DNA of 64,000 nt from Eledone cirrhosa (GCA_964016885.1 OZ024741.1:19406001-19470000); one strand, 5' to 3'. Shown: positions 1 through 14,535, counted from the first letter of the stretch. The notes: generated by a model from the sequence alone, not told the origin. Numbers and translations are program-made.

Positions 1-3000
1 GATGTGTAGTTTCAAGATGTTGTTTATATGTGTAGTATCAATATGTTGTTTATATGTGTAGTTGTAAGATGTGTAGTTTCAATATGTTGTTTATATGTGT
101 AGTTGTTAGATGTGTAGTATCAATATGCTGTTAGATGTGTAGTTTCAATATGTTGTTCATATGGGTAGTTGTTAGATGTGTAGTATCAATATGCTGTTAG
201 ATGTGTAGTGTCAATATGTTGTTTATATGTGTAGTTGTAAGATGTGTAGTTTCAATATGTTGTTTATATGTGTAGTTGTAAGATGTGTAGTTGTTAGATA
301 TATAGTTTCTATATGTTGTCTATATGTGTAGGTGTTAGATGTGTAGTTTCAACATGTTGTTTATATGTGTAGTTGTTAGATGTGTAGTTTCAATATGTTG
401 TTTATATGTGTAGTTGATAGATGTGTAGTTTCAATATGTTGTTTGTATGTGTAGTTGTCAGATGTGTAGTTTCAATATGTTGTTTATATGTGCAGTTGTA
501 TGATGTGTAGTTTCAATATGTTGTTTATATGTATAGTTGTAAGATGTGTAGTTTCAACATGTTGTTTATGTGTAAGATCTGTTGTAAGATGTGTAGTTTC
601 AACATGTTGTTTATATGTGTAGTTGTTAGATGTGTAGTTTCAATATGTTGTTTATATATGTAGTTGTATGATGTGTAGTATCAATATGTTGTTAGATGTG
701 TAGTTTCAATATGTTGTTTATATGTGTAGTTGTAAGATGTGTAGTTTCAATATGTTGTTTATATGTGTAGTTGTTAGACGTGTAGTTGTAAGATGTTGTT
801 TATATGTGTAGTTGTTTGATGTGTAGTTTCAATATGTTGTTTATATGTGTAGTTGTTAGATGTGTAGTTTCAATATGTTGTTTATATGTGTAGTTGTATG
901 ATGTGTAGTATCAATATGTTGTTAGATGTGTAGTTTCAATATGTTGTTTATATGTGTAGTTGTAAGATGTGTAGTTTCAATATGTTGTTTATATGTGTAG
1001 TTGTTAGACGTGTAGTTGTAAGATGTTGTTTATATGTGTAGTTGTTTGATGTGTAGTTTCAATATGTTGTTTATATGTGTAGTTGTTAGATGTGTAGTTT
1101 CAATATGTTGTTTATATGTGTAGTTGTATGATGTGTAGTATCAATATGTTGTTAGATGTGTAGTTTCAATATGTTGTTTATATGTGTAGTTGTTAGATTT
1201 GTAGTTGTAAGATGTTGTTTATATGTGTAGTTGTTAGATGTGTAGTTTCAATATGTTGTTTATATGTGTAGTTGTTAGATGTATAGTTTCAATATGTTGT
1301 TTATATGTGTAGTTGTTAGATGTGTAGTTTCAATATGTTGTTTATATGTGTAGTTGTTAGATGTGTAGTTTTTGAATATGTTGTTTATATGTGTATTTGT
1401 AAGGTGTGTAGTATCAATATGTTGTTTATATGTGTAGTTTCAATATGTTGTTTATATGTGTAGTTGTAAGATGTGTAGTTTCAATATGTTGTTTATATGT
1501 GTAGTTGTTAGACGTGTAGTTGTAAGATGTTGTTTATATGTGTAGTTGTTTGATGTGTAGTTTCAATATGTTGTTTATACGTGTAGTTGTTAGATGTGTA
1601 GTTTCAATATGTTGTTTATATGTGTAGTTGTAAGATGTGTAGTATCAATATGTTGTTTATATGTGTAGTTGTTAGATGTGTAGTTTCAATATGTTGTTTA
1701 TATGTGTAGTCGTATGATGTGTAGTATCAACATGTTGTTAGATGTGTAATTTCAATATGTTGTTTATATGTGTAGTTGTATGATGTGTAGTATCAATATG
1801 TTGTTAGATGTGTAGTTTCAATATGTTGTTTATATGTGTAGTTGTTAGATGTGTAGTTGTAAGATGTTGTTTATATGTGTAGTTGTTAGATGTGTAGTTT
1901 CAATATGTTGTTTATATGTGTACTTGTTAGATGTGTAGTTTCAATATGTTGTTTATATGTGTAGTTGTTAGATGTGTAGTTTCAATATGTTGTTTATATG
2001 TGTATTTGTAAGGTGTGTAGTATCAATATGTTGTTTATATGTGTAGTTGTTACATGTGTAGTTTCAATATGTAGTTTATATGTGTAGTTGTTAGATGTGT
2101 AGTATCAATATGTTGTTAGATGTGTAGTTTCAATATGTTGTTTATATGTGTAGTTGTTAGATGTGTAGTTGTAAGATGTTGTTTATATGTGTAGTTGTTA
2201 GATGTGTAGTTTCAATATGTTGTTTATATGTGTAGTTGTTAGATGTATAGTTTCAATATGTTGTTTATATGTGTACTTGTTAGATGTGTAGTTTCAATAT
2301 GTTGTTTATATGTGTAGTTGTAAAATGTGTGTTTCAATATGTTGTTTATATGTGTAGCTGTAAGATGTGTAGTTTCAATATGTTGTTTATGTGTGTAGTT
2401 GTTAGATGTGTAATTTCAATATGTTATTTATATGTGTAGTTGTAAGATGTGTAGTTTAAATATATTGTTTATATGTGTAGTTGTAAGATGTGTAGTTTCA
2501 ATATGTTGTTTATATGTGTAGTTGTAAGATGTGTAGTTGTTAGATGTATAGTTTCTATATGTTGTTTATATGTGTAGTTGTTAACTGTGTAGTTTCAATA
2601 TGTTGTTTATATGTGTAGTTGATAGATGTGTAGTTTCAATATGTTGTTTATATGTGTAGTTGTAAGATGTGTAGTATCAATATGGTGTTAGATGTATAGT
2701 TTCTATATGTTGTTTATAGATGTAGTTGTAAGATGTGTAGTATCAATATGTTGTTTATATGTGTAGTTGTTAGATGTGTAGTTTCAATATGTTGTTTATA
2801 TGTGTAGTTGTAAGATGTGTAGTATCAATATGTTGTTAGATGTGTAATTTCAATATGTTGTTTATATGTGTAGTTGTAAGATGTGTAGTATCAATATGTT
2901 GTTTATATGTGTAGTTGTTAGATGTGTAGTATCAACATGTTGTTTATATGTGTAGTTGTTAGAAGTGTAGTTTCAATATGTTGTTTATATGTGTAGTTGT

Positions 3001-4398
3001 TAGATGTGTAGTTGTTAGATATATAGTTTCTATATGTTGTTTATATGTGTAGTTGTTAGATGTGTAGTATCAATATGTTGTTTATACGTGTAGTTGTTAG
3101 ATGTATAGTTTCTATATGTTGTTTATATGTGTAGTTGTTAGATGTGTAGTATCAATATGTTGTTTATACGTGTAGTTGTTAGATGTGTAGTTTCAATATG
3201 TTGCTTATATGTGTAGTTGTAAGATGTGTAGTTTCAATATGTTGTTTATATGTGTAGTTGTAAGATGTGTAGTTGTTAGATGTATAGTTTCTATATGTTG
3301 TTTATATGTGTAGTTGTTAACTGTGTAGTTTCAATATGTTGTTTATATGTGTAGTTGATAGATGTGTAGTTTCAATATGTTGTTTATATGTGTAGTTGTA
3401 AGATGTGTAGTATCAATATGGTGTTAGATGTGTAGTTTCAATATGTTGTTTATATGTGTAGTTGTAAGATGTGTAGTATCAATGTTGTTTATATGTGTAG
3501 TTGTTAGATGTGTAGTTTCAATATGTTGTTTATATGTGTAGTTGTAAGATGTGTAGTATCAATATGTTGTTAGATGTGTAGTTTCAATATGTTGTTTATA
3601 TGTGTAGTTGTAAGATGTGTAGTATCAATATGTTGTTTATATGTGTAGTTGTTAGATGTGTAGTTTCAATATGTTGTTTATATGTGTAGTTGTATGATGT
3701 GTAGTTGTTAGATATATAGTTTCTATATGTTGTTTATATGTGTAGTTGTTAGATGTATAGTTTCTTTATGTTGTTTATATGTTTAGTTGTAAGATGTGTA
3801 GTATCAATATGGTGTTTATATGTGTAGTTGTTAGATGTGTAGTTTCAACATGTTGTTTATATGTGTAGTTTTTAGATGTGTAGTTTCAATATGTTGTTAG
3901 ATGTGTAGTTTCAATATGTTGTTTATATATGTAGTTGTAAGATGTGTAGTATCAATATGTTGTTTATATGTTTATATGTGTAGTTGTTAGATGTGTAGTA
4001 TCAATATGTTGTTTATATATGTAGTTGTTAGATGTGTAGTTTCAATATGTTGTTTATATGTGTAGTTGTAATATGTGTAGTTTCAATATGTTGTTTATAT
4101 GTGTAGTTGTTAGATGTGTAGTTTCAATATGTTGTTTATATGTGTAGTTGTTAGATGTGTAGTATCAATATGTTGTTTATATGTGTAGTTGTAAGATGTG
4201 TAGTATCAATATGTTGTTAGATGTGCAGTTTCAATATGTTGTTTATATGTGTAGTTGTTAGATATATAGTTTCTATATATTGTTTATATGTGTAGTTGTT
4301 AGATGTGTAGTTTCAACATGTTGTTTATATGTGTAGTTGTTAGATGTGTAGTGTCAACATGTTGTTTATATGTGTAAGACCTGTTGTAAGATGTCTAG
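1..4398. repeat. 41-bp minisatellite (GATGTGTAGTTTCAATATGTTGTTTATATGTGTAGTTGTTA)n, ~100 copies, truncated by the window start
   Basis: Tandem units directly visible, built from related 15+11+15-nt subunits with frequent subunit gain and loss. Confidence 0.97.
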
Positions 4399-4496
4399 TT
4401 TCTTACATGTCTTTTTATAATTCTCTCTCTATGTTGAGTATTAACATCTTGCAGTCTATCGTTCATTTGTTATTTTCTGAGACCTTTTCTAGTGTA

Positions 4497-4678
4497 AATA
4501 ATTGTTTCTTCTTTAGGCACAAGGCCAGCAATTACCCAGTGCATTGCTGGTACTTTATTTTATCGACCCCGTAAGGATGAAAGGCAAAGTCAACCTCGGC
4601 GGGATTTGAACTCAGATCGTAAAGGGACGTAACTATGCTGGAAAACATGGCCTCCGACCCTCTACCGATACTGCCAAT
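4497..4678 (-). mobile_element. tRNA-derived SINE, family 1
   Basis: Minus strand has A-box-like TGGCAGTATCGG, B box GAGTTCAAATCC, core GCCTTTCATCCTTACGGGGTCGATAAAATAAAGTACCAG and an (ATT)-type tail; multiple copies in the window. Confidence 0.9.
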
Positions 4679-5129
4679 GTAAATTAATGCCACATATTCT
4701 CTATCGATATTTTATAATGCTGCAATAACTTCTATTCCTCTTGGGTCTCCAACATTTGTCCACCTCCCCGATGCTTATTAATTTTTCAAATTCTTTTCCA
4801 CCCCCCTGTTCTTACCCACCCTCCACTTATTAAATTCTACTAATTTGTCTCTGGTGAAATTTTATTTTAATTTGTAGCATTCCTGTGACAATTAATTTTC
4901 TTTATTCATTAAAAAACATTAAACATTACAAAAACATACATTACTATAAATCCCATATTTTATGAAATAAACAGGATGGGTTGGGGTCTCAATGTGTAAA
5001 CTAAACGACTAATTCTGGTTTTTTTAAAAACATCAACGGAGACAACCTAGAAAAATTACTGATTTTCCAACACCCCGCTTATTCCAACCCCACCCTAATA
5101 TTTGGGACCCGGGATTTGAATATGAAAGC

Positions 5130-5462
5130 TCCAACACCGTCATACATATGTGTTCTTTCTTAGTTCAACCTGGACAGCCAGAGGCAATGTGGTCAACTCA
5201 TTCAATATCATCTCCTCTAGACAGAGACGATGTGATAAACAATTTCTTTCCCATTGCCACTCCATATATCCTGCAGTTATATAATGTATTCTATTTCATT
5301 ACATGTTTTTAGTGTTTTCTGATGGGAAGGAATTGATACTGTGCTTCAATTAAAATTCTCTCCGTTGAGTCCTGTGGTTTTTTAAACCGTGTAGCCATTT
5401 TTTCTGTATCTGCTTTCAACCTGCTCCGTATTTTCAGGTATTGTACCTGCATGGAGCTTCTC
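5130..5462 (-). mobile_element. Degenerate non-LTR retrotransposon fragment (R4/Dong-like zinc-knuckle region)
   Basis: Broken minus-strand frames read EAQYQFLPIRKH*KHVMK, NCRI and DHIASGCPG, resembling the AAQDQ..L.TR..CR.C..HI.SGC region of RLE-type LINEs. Confidence 0.5.
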
Positions 5463-5554
5463 TTACCATCTATTTATCATTATTATTTTCAGCCCCAGTT
5501 TTAGTTGAGATTTTCTTTTTTCTTTTTTAAACAAATGTTTTTGTTTCTGTAAGG

Positions 5555-5875
5555 TGTCTGTAGAAAACATTTGTGGAATAGAGGGCGTATTGAAAGTACC
5601 CTTCAGTAAGGATTGGGTTCCAAGGAATTCAAACAAGTTTACATATTCTAGTAGTCTTGCAAAGACCACCCTACAAGGAAATGTGACGGGGGGAAAGAAA
5701 GAGAAGTCAAAGAAAGAAATGGACAGACAAGCTTAAAGTGTGGACAGGTAAATCATTAGTGGAGACACGAGATCTGGTACACAGCTGCAATAGACAGAGG
5801 ATACTGGTATGCAGCATGTCACAACGGTGTCCCTACAACTCTATCGAGAGTTGAGGTTCTATGATACAATATGAA
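5555..5875 (+). mobile_element. Degenerate RTE-clade LINE 3' fragment
   Basis: SSLAKTTLQGNVTGG, then after a frameshift KKWTDKLKVWTGKSL, matching the RTE C-terminal motif LAKTILQG.V.G.R.RGR..K.W.D.IK.WTG. Confidence 0.55.
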
Positions 5876-7030
5876 ATATTGAAGCATCTCTGATTTGTCA
5901 TGAATACATTTTGACTCTTCTTTACAACAATGTTGATTTCTAACACAGGAACAAGGCCATTCATTTTGCTAATTTACTTTTGATTAGATATAGGCAGAGC
6001 CAGATTTAATGGGGGCAAAGAGGGGAATTGCTCCGGGTCCCCTGATGTGGGGAGCCCCATCAGCGACGGCCGCAACAATTTATTTGTACCCTCAGCTGGG
6101 CTTTTTAGTTTTAGAATGGTTAGAAATTTTGAATTTAATACCTGTATGTGTAACTTTTCGATTCCAATTGCTTACGCCAAGCTAACTTTGATATGTAAAA
6201 TTGGGGTGGTAGGGGTGTACTGTGTATTCTATTTGTTTGTGTATGAGAGCCCCCCCCCCTCCAAACCTGAAGTGCCCCGGGTCCCCCAAGGTCTAAACCC
6301 AATCCCAGATGTAGGATCAATTATATAGACCTATGTATAGACCTAAACACTTCTCTCTTAATTTCTGTCCGCCTTTCTCTTTCACTGTAATCACAAGTGA
6401 ACACCATTCCACGCGTTTCTGCACTATTTTACATACAAGGCTTGAGTTATCTCAAGACTATGATAAAAGCAATTCACATAAAGCACAACAAAGTGAGATT
6501 GAGTCCACCATCTCGTGACTGGGACGTTATCATTTTAATCGCCCAGATACTTGCGCAAACAATTTTTATATCATAATAACAATACCAGTTTTGCCGATAA
6601 ATTTGATATCACATATTCATTTTTGTGGATATTATTTTATACAACTTCTTAAATAACATTGCTGCTGATATTTCAAATACAATATGGAGATAAAATTAAT
6701 AAAGGCACAAAAGTAAACGCAAACGCAAATTACAATAACAAACAAAACGAAATAAAAAAACCCCAACAAATTACTGTCAACCAATCACATCTTTTCTAAT
6801 TACAGTAACACTCCAATTAAATATTTTATTTAAAAAAATTATTACAGCGTTAACAGAAGTAACCATTAATGCTGTCCTACTTCTCCTGCAGCTATATTCA
6901 AAATACAACTCAATATTCTATCATAACTTTTAATACTCTGAAGCACCATCGTGTCCAGCAAGACGAAGCAATGGCGCCTGTTTATCACTAATTATAGCGT
7001 TCTATGGAACTGATAGTTTAGCGGTATCTA

Positions 7031-7084
<54 letters not shown>

Positions 7085-7323
7085 CACACACAAATATATA
7101 TATAATATATATATATATATGTATATATAATTTTTTCTACTTTAGGCACAAGGCCAGCAATATATGTATATATAATATATAAATGTATATATATATATAT
7201 ATATATTATATATACATATATATATATATGTAGAAGGTAAACAGAAATAACGACACAATCGATATATATATATTTATATATATTTATATATATACATGTG
7301 TATATATACATATATATATGTAT

Positions 7324-7415
7324 AACGAAGGAAATGTGGTAAGGAACCAGGTGGACCATAAGCACCAAAGTACTCAATACTTAGGGTAGTAGAGTGGGTA
7401 ATAGGAACGAGTATG
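7324..7415 (+). mobile_element. Family-B hairpin/tail element, tail portion only
   Basis: AACGAAGGAAATGTGGTAAGGAACCAGGTGGACC...GGGTAATAGGAACGAGTA, near-identical to other family-B copies, between (TA)n tracts. Confidence 0.8.
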
Positions 7416-7458
<43 letters not shown>

Positions 7459-7534
7459 TCTGTCGCCAAAAACCATTAACTTGCAGACCACTGCAAGCAG
7501 AATTTGTCGATCTTGGATTTGCAGAAACCTAGCG

Positions 7535-7857
7535 GTGATATTGTGTGCTGTATGTGATGTATATCGTGTGCTGTATGTGATGTATATTGTGTGCTGTATG
7601 TGATGTATATTGTGTGCTGTATGTGATGTATATCGTGTGCTGTATGTGATGTATATTGTGTGCTGTATGTGATGTATATCGTGTGCTGTATGTGATGTAT
7701 ATCGTGTGCTGTATGTGATGTATATTGTGTGCTGTATGTGATGTATATTGTGTGCTGTATGTGATGTATATCGTGTGCTGTATGTGATGTATATCGTGTG
7801 CTGTATGTGATGTATATTGTGTGCTGTATGTGATGTATATCGTGTGCTATACGATAT
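7535..7857. repeat. 23-bp minisatellite (TGTGCTGTATGTGATGTATATYG)n, ~14 copies
   Basis: Directly visible tandem units. Confidence 0.95.
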
Positions 7858-8101
7858 GCATTATATATTTTGCATTCAGTCCCACCGTTCTGTCCAGGTC
7901 AGTCTAAAATCTTTTCCTGAGTCCTGTATTTTCGTTGCTCTAGTGATGCGGCTGGACTGCCGACCGCTATATTTGATTTGCTAAGCTGTCTAAATATATT
8001 GTTATTACTCTGGGGTTCTTTTCTCCATCCGAGTGCTAAAGCTACAGACCGAATTTGCATTCGTTAGCTTGGCCGCAAACTAAAGCTTCGTTTATGCTGT
8101 A

Positions 8102-8151
<50 letters not shown>

Positions 8152-8155
<4 letters not shown>

Positions 8156-8324
8156 AACGAGTAGGACCCCGTTTCGACGGCTAATTCTGGACTGAATTAG
8201 CCGTCGAAACGGCTTGAGCTCAGCCGTCGGGGTCCTACTCGTTCCTATTACCCACTCTACTACCCTAAGTATTGAGTACTTTGGTGCGTTATGGTCCACC
8301 TGGTTCCTTACCACATTTCCTTCG

Positions 8325-8326
<2 letters not shown>
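8152..8326 (-). mobile_element. Family-B hairpin/tail element in (TA)n
   Basis: Inverted arms TAGGAACGAGTAGGACCCCG...CGGGGTCCTACTCGTTCCTA plus the conserved ~80-nt tail ending CCTTCGTT; (TA)n on both sides. Confidence 0.85.
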
Positions 8327-8373
<47 letters not shown>

Positions 8374-8573
8374 TTCAAATAGCTGTCGTCAAATCTGAAG
8401 AAAGACCTACATGTCCTCCCCATGCCCCTCCTCTACCCCCACCCTCCCCAACACATAAACAGCAGGAATGAAACAATAAAAGATTCTACAAATCCCCGCA
8501 CAATGTATTCTCAGCTTAAATTAAAATTTTCTGTAACAAAACACTAACACTGATAAGATAGAGTATGAGATAG

Positions 8574-8607
<34 letters not shown>

Positions 8608-8608
8608 C

Positions 8609-8644
<36 letters not shown>

Positions 8645-8678
8645 CCACCACCACCACCACTACTACTACTACTACTCC

Positions 8679-8711
<33 letters not shown>

Positions 8712-8776
8712 CCACCACCACCACTACTACTACTACTACCACTACCACCACCACTACAACTACTACCACCACCACC

Positions 8777-8809
<33 letters not shown>

Positions 8810-8846
8810 CCACCACCACCACCACCACTACTACTACTACCACTAC

Positions 8847-8887
<41 letters not shown>

Positions 8888-8923
8888 CACCACCACCACC
8901 ACCACCACCACTACTACTCCACC

Positions 8924-8959
<36 letters not shown>

Positions 8960-8988
8960 CCACCACCACCACCACTACTACTACTACC

Positions 8989-9068
<80 letters not shown>

Positions 9069-9140
9069 CACTACTACTACCACCACCACCACCACCACCA
9101 CTACTACTACTCCACCACCACCACTACTACTACTACTACT

Positions 9141-9204
<64 letters not shown>

Positions 9205-9206
9205 CC

Positions 9207-9304
<98 letters not shown>

Positions 9305-9374
9305 TACAACTACTACCACCACCACCACTACTACTACTACTACTACTCCACCACCACCACCACCACTACTACTA

Positions 9375-9444
<70 letters not shown>

Positions 9445-9530
9445 CACTACTACTACTACTACTACTCCACCACCACCACCACCACCACTACTACTCCACC
9501 ACCACCACCACTACTACTACTACTACTACT

Positions 9531-9594
<64 letters not shown>

Positions 9595-9623
9595 CCACCA
9601 CCACCACTACTACTACTACTACT

Positions 9624-9687
<64 letters not shown>

Positions 9688-9712
9688 CCACCACCACCAC
9701 TACTACTACTAT

Positions 9713-9793
<81 letters not shown>

Positions 9794-9863
9794 TACAACT
9801 ACTACCACCACCACCACTACTACTACTACTACTACTCCACCACCACCACCACCACTACTACTA

Positions 9864-9936
<73 letters not shown>

Positions 9937-10022
9937 CACTACTACTACTACTACTACTCCACCACCACCACCACCACCACTACTACTCCACCACCACCAC
10001 CACTACTACTACTACTACTACT

Positions 10023-10086
<64 letters not shown>

Positions 10087-10088
10087 CC

Positions 10089-10147
<59 letters not shown>

Positions 10148-10151
10148 TACA

Positions 10152-10228
<77 letters not shown>

Positions 10229-10243
10229 CACCACTACTACTAC

Positions 10244-10297
<54 letters not shown>

Positions 10298-10307
10298 TAC
10301 TACTACC

Positions 10308-10390
<83 letters not shown>

Positions 10391-10397
10391 TACTACC

Positions 10398-10450
<53 letters not shown>

Positions 10451-10472
10451 CACTACTACTACCACCACCACC

Positions 10473-10507
<35 letters not shown>

Positions 10508-10508
10508 C

Positions 10509-10579
<71 letters not shown>

Positions 10580-10601
10580 CACTACTACTACCACTACTAC
10601 T

Positions 10602-10636
<35 letters not shown>

Positions 10637-10692
10637 CACTACCACTACTACTACTACTACTACTACCAGGACCACCACTACTACTACTACCA

Positions 10693-10726
<34 letters not shown>

Positions 10727-10784
10727 CACTACTACTACCACCACCACCACCACTACTACTACTACTACCACTACTACTACCACC

Positions 10785-10819
<35 letters not shown>

Positions 10820-10821
10820 CA

Positions 10822-10852
<31 letters not shown>

Positions 10853-10867
10853 CAGGACCACCACTAA
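8574..10867. repeat. Compound (CTA)n/(CCA)n trinucleotide tract
   Basis: Directly visible; source of the poly-Ser/Gly and poly-Val ORFs. Confidence 0.97.
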
Positions 10868-11039
10868 GAAAGGAATTGATACAAAAAATGGTGGATGTCT
10901 TTTGAATTGATTCTCCTTTATCACGCTCCTTCCCTCTTTTGCTCTCTCTGTTTTCTCTCTGCCACCCTCTCTTTTCCTCTTTCTCATCATACACACACAC
11001 GCGCGCGCGCGCACACACGCAGAGACAGACACACACACT

Positions 11040-11077
<38 letters not shown>

Positions 11078-11221
11078 CGTATATAATTATGGGACGAAGC
11101 CTCTCGAATAGAATTGACATAGATTCAGTCGTTTTTTCACTCACTCAATAATTTAATTAAGTTCATATTATTAAAATTCGAACCCAACCGATTAACCCCC
11201 CCCCCCCCCATATATATATAT

Positions 11222-11593
11222 ACTAGCCGAATTACCTGCGCCTTGGTAAGAAAATGATGGTAAGAAAATGATAATTGAAAATGATAATTGATTTTAAATT
11301 AGTGATATAATTTATGGAAAAAAACTCCAATAGGGTGTCTTAATATTATTAAAATTTGCTGAAATTTTGTGAATAGGTATCATATCTTGTCATTTACCTA
11401 TGGTTTAAATTTCATATAAATCGAAGGGAAAAAATTTTCAGCGAGGGTTTGTGCCCCCGGGGAACCCTTTGATTAAAATGAAATATACATATCCAAGTAC
11501 CCTGGGCATGTAGTTTCAGAATATGGGGCTCTATCTCCAAAACTATAGGAGGAGTTCGTGAACAAACAAACAAACATACAGACAGGAACTACA

Positions 11594-11600
<7 letters not shown>
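11222..11600 (-). mobile_element. Non-autonomous Helitron-like element
   Basis: Minus strand starts TATAAAG..CTGTCTGTATGTTTGTTTG (5' microsatellite) and ends GCGCAGGTAATTCGGCTAGT (3' CTAG); TA-rich flanks. Confidence 0.55.
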
Positions 11601-11630
<30 letters not shown>

Positions 11631-11936
11631 GGAAAAAATGAAACGATATTTCATTTCCCACTCTTAGTACGGCTGTTACTTAAATATAAGTATGTACACG
11701 TACATACATATATGTATACTGACGTACAGTAGTATGTATATATATATATACATACATGCACACATATATATATATGCACGTATGGATTCACCGAACATTT
11801 ATTATAATGCTCGGTGTGTTTGTAAACAAACATCCCGTATTAAGCCGTAGTGTCTAGCAACCACCGTTGCTCGTTTGTTCAACACTGACAAAAGATAATG
11901 AACAAGGATTCAGTGTTGCATCATAACATATTTAAT

Positions 11937-12030
11937 AACATATTACATATGTTTCACTATCGATCTGCTCGAAGCAAGACCTATTATAGATCGAACCTGA
12001 CTCGGTAACCGAAAGGTCGTCAGATATGCT
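11937..12030 (-). ncRNA. Hammerhead ribozyme motif with extended stem II, core intact (family X copy 1)
   Basis: AGCAUAU-CUGACGA-[61 nt]-GAAA-CAUAUG-UA-AUAUGUU: 7-bp stem I, canonical core, palindromic stem III, followed by AUUAAA. Confidence 0.75.
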
Positions 12031-12112
12031 TTGTATATGAATTCGTCTCCGATTCTGCGCGAGCATCGAGTACTCAGCCGGCATACCGGCTACGGGCGCA
12101 TTTTTCATACAA

Positions 12113-12150
<38 letters not shown>

Positions 12151-12153
<3 letters not shown>

Positions 12154-12302
12154 AAAAAGTATGACACCGACGGCAGAGCTCAAGCCGTTTCGACGGCTAT
12201 TTCTAGACTCAATACTTTTTCCTATTTCCCACTCTACTACCCTATGTATTGAGTACTCTGGTACGTTATGGTCCATCTGGTTCCTTACCACAATTCCTTT
12301 GT

Positions 12303-12303
<1 letters not shown>
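12151..12303 (-). mobile_element. Family-B hairpin/tail element, one arm partly deleted
   Basis: CCGACGGCAGAGCTCAAGCCGTTTCGACGGCTATTTCT plus the conserved tail; (TA)n flanks. Confidence 0.8.
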
Positions 12304-12345
<42 letters not shown>

Positions 12346-12347
<2 letters not shown>

Positions 12348-12623
12348 TCCATCATCCACTTTTCTAAAAAGTCAATCATACACAAAAGGCCAGCACCAAC
12401 AGTTTTGCAAGAGATGTCAACATGAAAGGACCTGTTATTTTTATCTAAAGACATTTTTTCCAATTCCAACCCGCCCGTCCCCTCAATCTTATTTCTCATT
12501 CTTTCTTCTGATGAATGACTAGAGCCCGAAACATTAAGACCCCCTTCCTGCTATATCAAGTGTTAACATAATATATCCCTTCCATATACTGTACCGATTG
12601 TGTTTTTATTTCTGTTTACCTTT

Positions 12624-12625
<2 letters not shown>
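12346..12625 (+). mobile_element. Family-A pLTR-like element with minimal hammerhead motif at 12504-12539
   Basis: TCTT-CTGATGA-A-TGACTAGAGCCC-GAAA-CAT-T-AAGA; homologous to reversed copies near 36.1, 37.4 and 60.6 kb. Confidence 0.65.
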
Positions 12626-12674
<49 letters not shown>

Positions 12675-12676
<2 letters not shown>

Positions 12677-13193
12677 CGTTTCTGAATTTGTTTAGCAAGA
12701 TTCTTTATCTGAAAATGTGTGTTGAAACCGATATTGTCATACTTTGGGAGGGTCATGTTGCCAATAAGAAACACACGCACCAGTTACTTTCACTCCAATT
12801 TATTATAAATTAAAGAAATTTATAAATTTCCGGTTGGTTGGTTGGTTCCACAACCGGACGGTTGTTCATATATTGTCAAAGTTCTTTCGTCACACATTCT
12901 GTGACCTCATCAGTGACTGGGGATTCTTTTCTTTGTTTTGTGCCTCTCCTTTGTTCTATCCTACACCATCTTGATGGAGAGGCACAAAACAAAGAAAAGA
13001 ATCCCCTGTCACTGATGAGGTCACAGAATGTGTGACGAAAGAACTTTGACAATATATGAACAACCGTCCGGTTGTGGAACCAACCAACCAACCGGAAATT
13101 TATAAATTTCTTTAATTTATAATAAATTGGAGTGAAAGCAACTGGTGCGTGTGTTTCTTATTGGCAACATGACCCTCCCAAAGTATAACAATA
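12675..13193. mobile_element. Palindromic pLTR-like element: 218-bp arms (12732-12949 / 12976-13193), ~57-nt one-sided tail, hammerhead motif in each arm
   Basis: About 3 mismatches between arms, 26-nt spacer; TGTCA-CTGATGA-GGTCACAGAATGTGTGAC-GAAA-GAACT-T-TGACA at 13007-13051 (+), mirrored at 12874-12918 (-); (TA)n flanks. Confidence 0.85.
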
Positions 13194-13384
13194 CATATAT
13201 ATATATATACACACATGTTTCATGTTCCAGCCCTAATCAGATTTATCCTACTGTTGAGTCTGCATGCGTTCCTTTATAGTTCTATAATGTGACAACATGC
13301 TATAGAGTTTCGTGTGGAAGTAGGTCTCATCAAGGAAACCAAGGAGACACGTGACCGAGTTACATATTCCATTAGAATATTGTA

Positions 13385-14535
13385 TGGTCTTCCGTTTTGT
13401 TACTGTAGTGATGGAGGTGGTGATAATGGTGGTGTTGGTGTTGGTGATAATTGTGGTGATGGTGTTGGTGGTAGTAGTGGTGGTGATGGTATTGGTGGTG
13501 ATGGTGTTGGTGGTAGTAATGGTGGTGATGGTGTTGGTGGTGGTGGTGTTGGTGGTAGTGGTGGTGGCGATAGAGGTGGGAGGGGGGTGGAACGTCGGAA
13601 CATTCTTGGATGAATGTCAGATAATGGTTATGAGAGTGGTGGTGGTAGTGGTAGTGGTGGTAGTGGTGGTAGTAGTGGTAGTGGTGGTGGTTTCTGTGAT
13701 AGTGGTAGTGTTGATGGTGATAGTGGTGGAGGTGGTAGTGGTGGTTGCTGTGATAGTGGTAGTGTTGGTGGTAGTAGTGGTGATGTTGGTGCTAGTAGTG
13801 GTGGTGATATTGGTGTTGTTGGTGGTAGTCATGGTGGTGGTAGTGGTGGTGTTGGTGGTAGTAGTGGTGGTGGTAGTGGTGTTGGCGGTGTTGTTGTTGG
13901 TGGTAGTAGTGGTGGTGATGGCGGTGTTGGTGTTGGTTTTGGTGTTGTGGTAGTAGTGGTGGTTGTGGTGGTAGTAGTGGTGGTAGTGGTTGTGATAGTG
14001 GTAGTGTTGGTGTTGGTGGTAGTAGTGGTGGTGATGGCGGTGTTGGTGTTGGTTTTAGTGTTGTGGTAGTAGTGGTGGTTGTGGTGGTTCAGTGGTGGTA
14101 GTTGATGTGATAGTAGTAATGTTGGTGTTGGTGGTAGTAGTGGTAGTGATGGTGTTGGTGGTAGTAGTGGTGGTGAAGGTGGTGTTGGCGGTGTTGGTGT
14201 TAATAGTGGTGGTGTTGGTGATAGTAGTGGTGGTGTTGGTGGGATTTATGGTGTTGTTGGTGATGTTGGTGTTGTTGTTGTTGGTGGTGGTTGTTTAGTG
14301 GTGGTAGTGGTTGCGATGGTGGTGATGTTGGTGTTGTTCGTGGTGGTGGTGATAGTGGTAGGGTTGGCGGTGTTGGTGTTGTTGTAGGTGAAGGTAGTGA
14401 TATTGGTTGTTGGTGTTGTTGTAGGTGAAGGTAGTGATATTGGTTGTTGGTATTGTTGGTGTTGTTGGTGATGGTGGTGAAGTGGTATTGTTGGTGGTGT
14501 TGGTGCCGTTGTTGTTTGTGTTGGTGATGGTGGCC
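13385..14535. repeat. Degenerate (GGT/AGT/GTT)n tract
   Basis: Directly visible low-complexity trinucleotide sequence. Confidence 0.95.
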
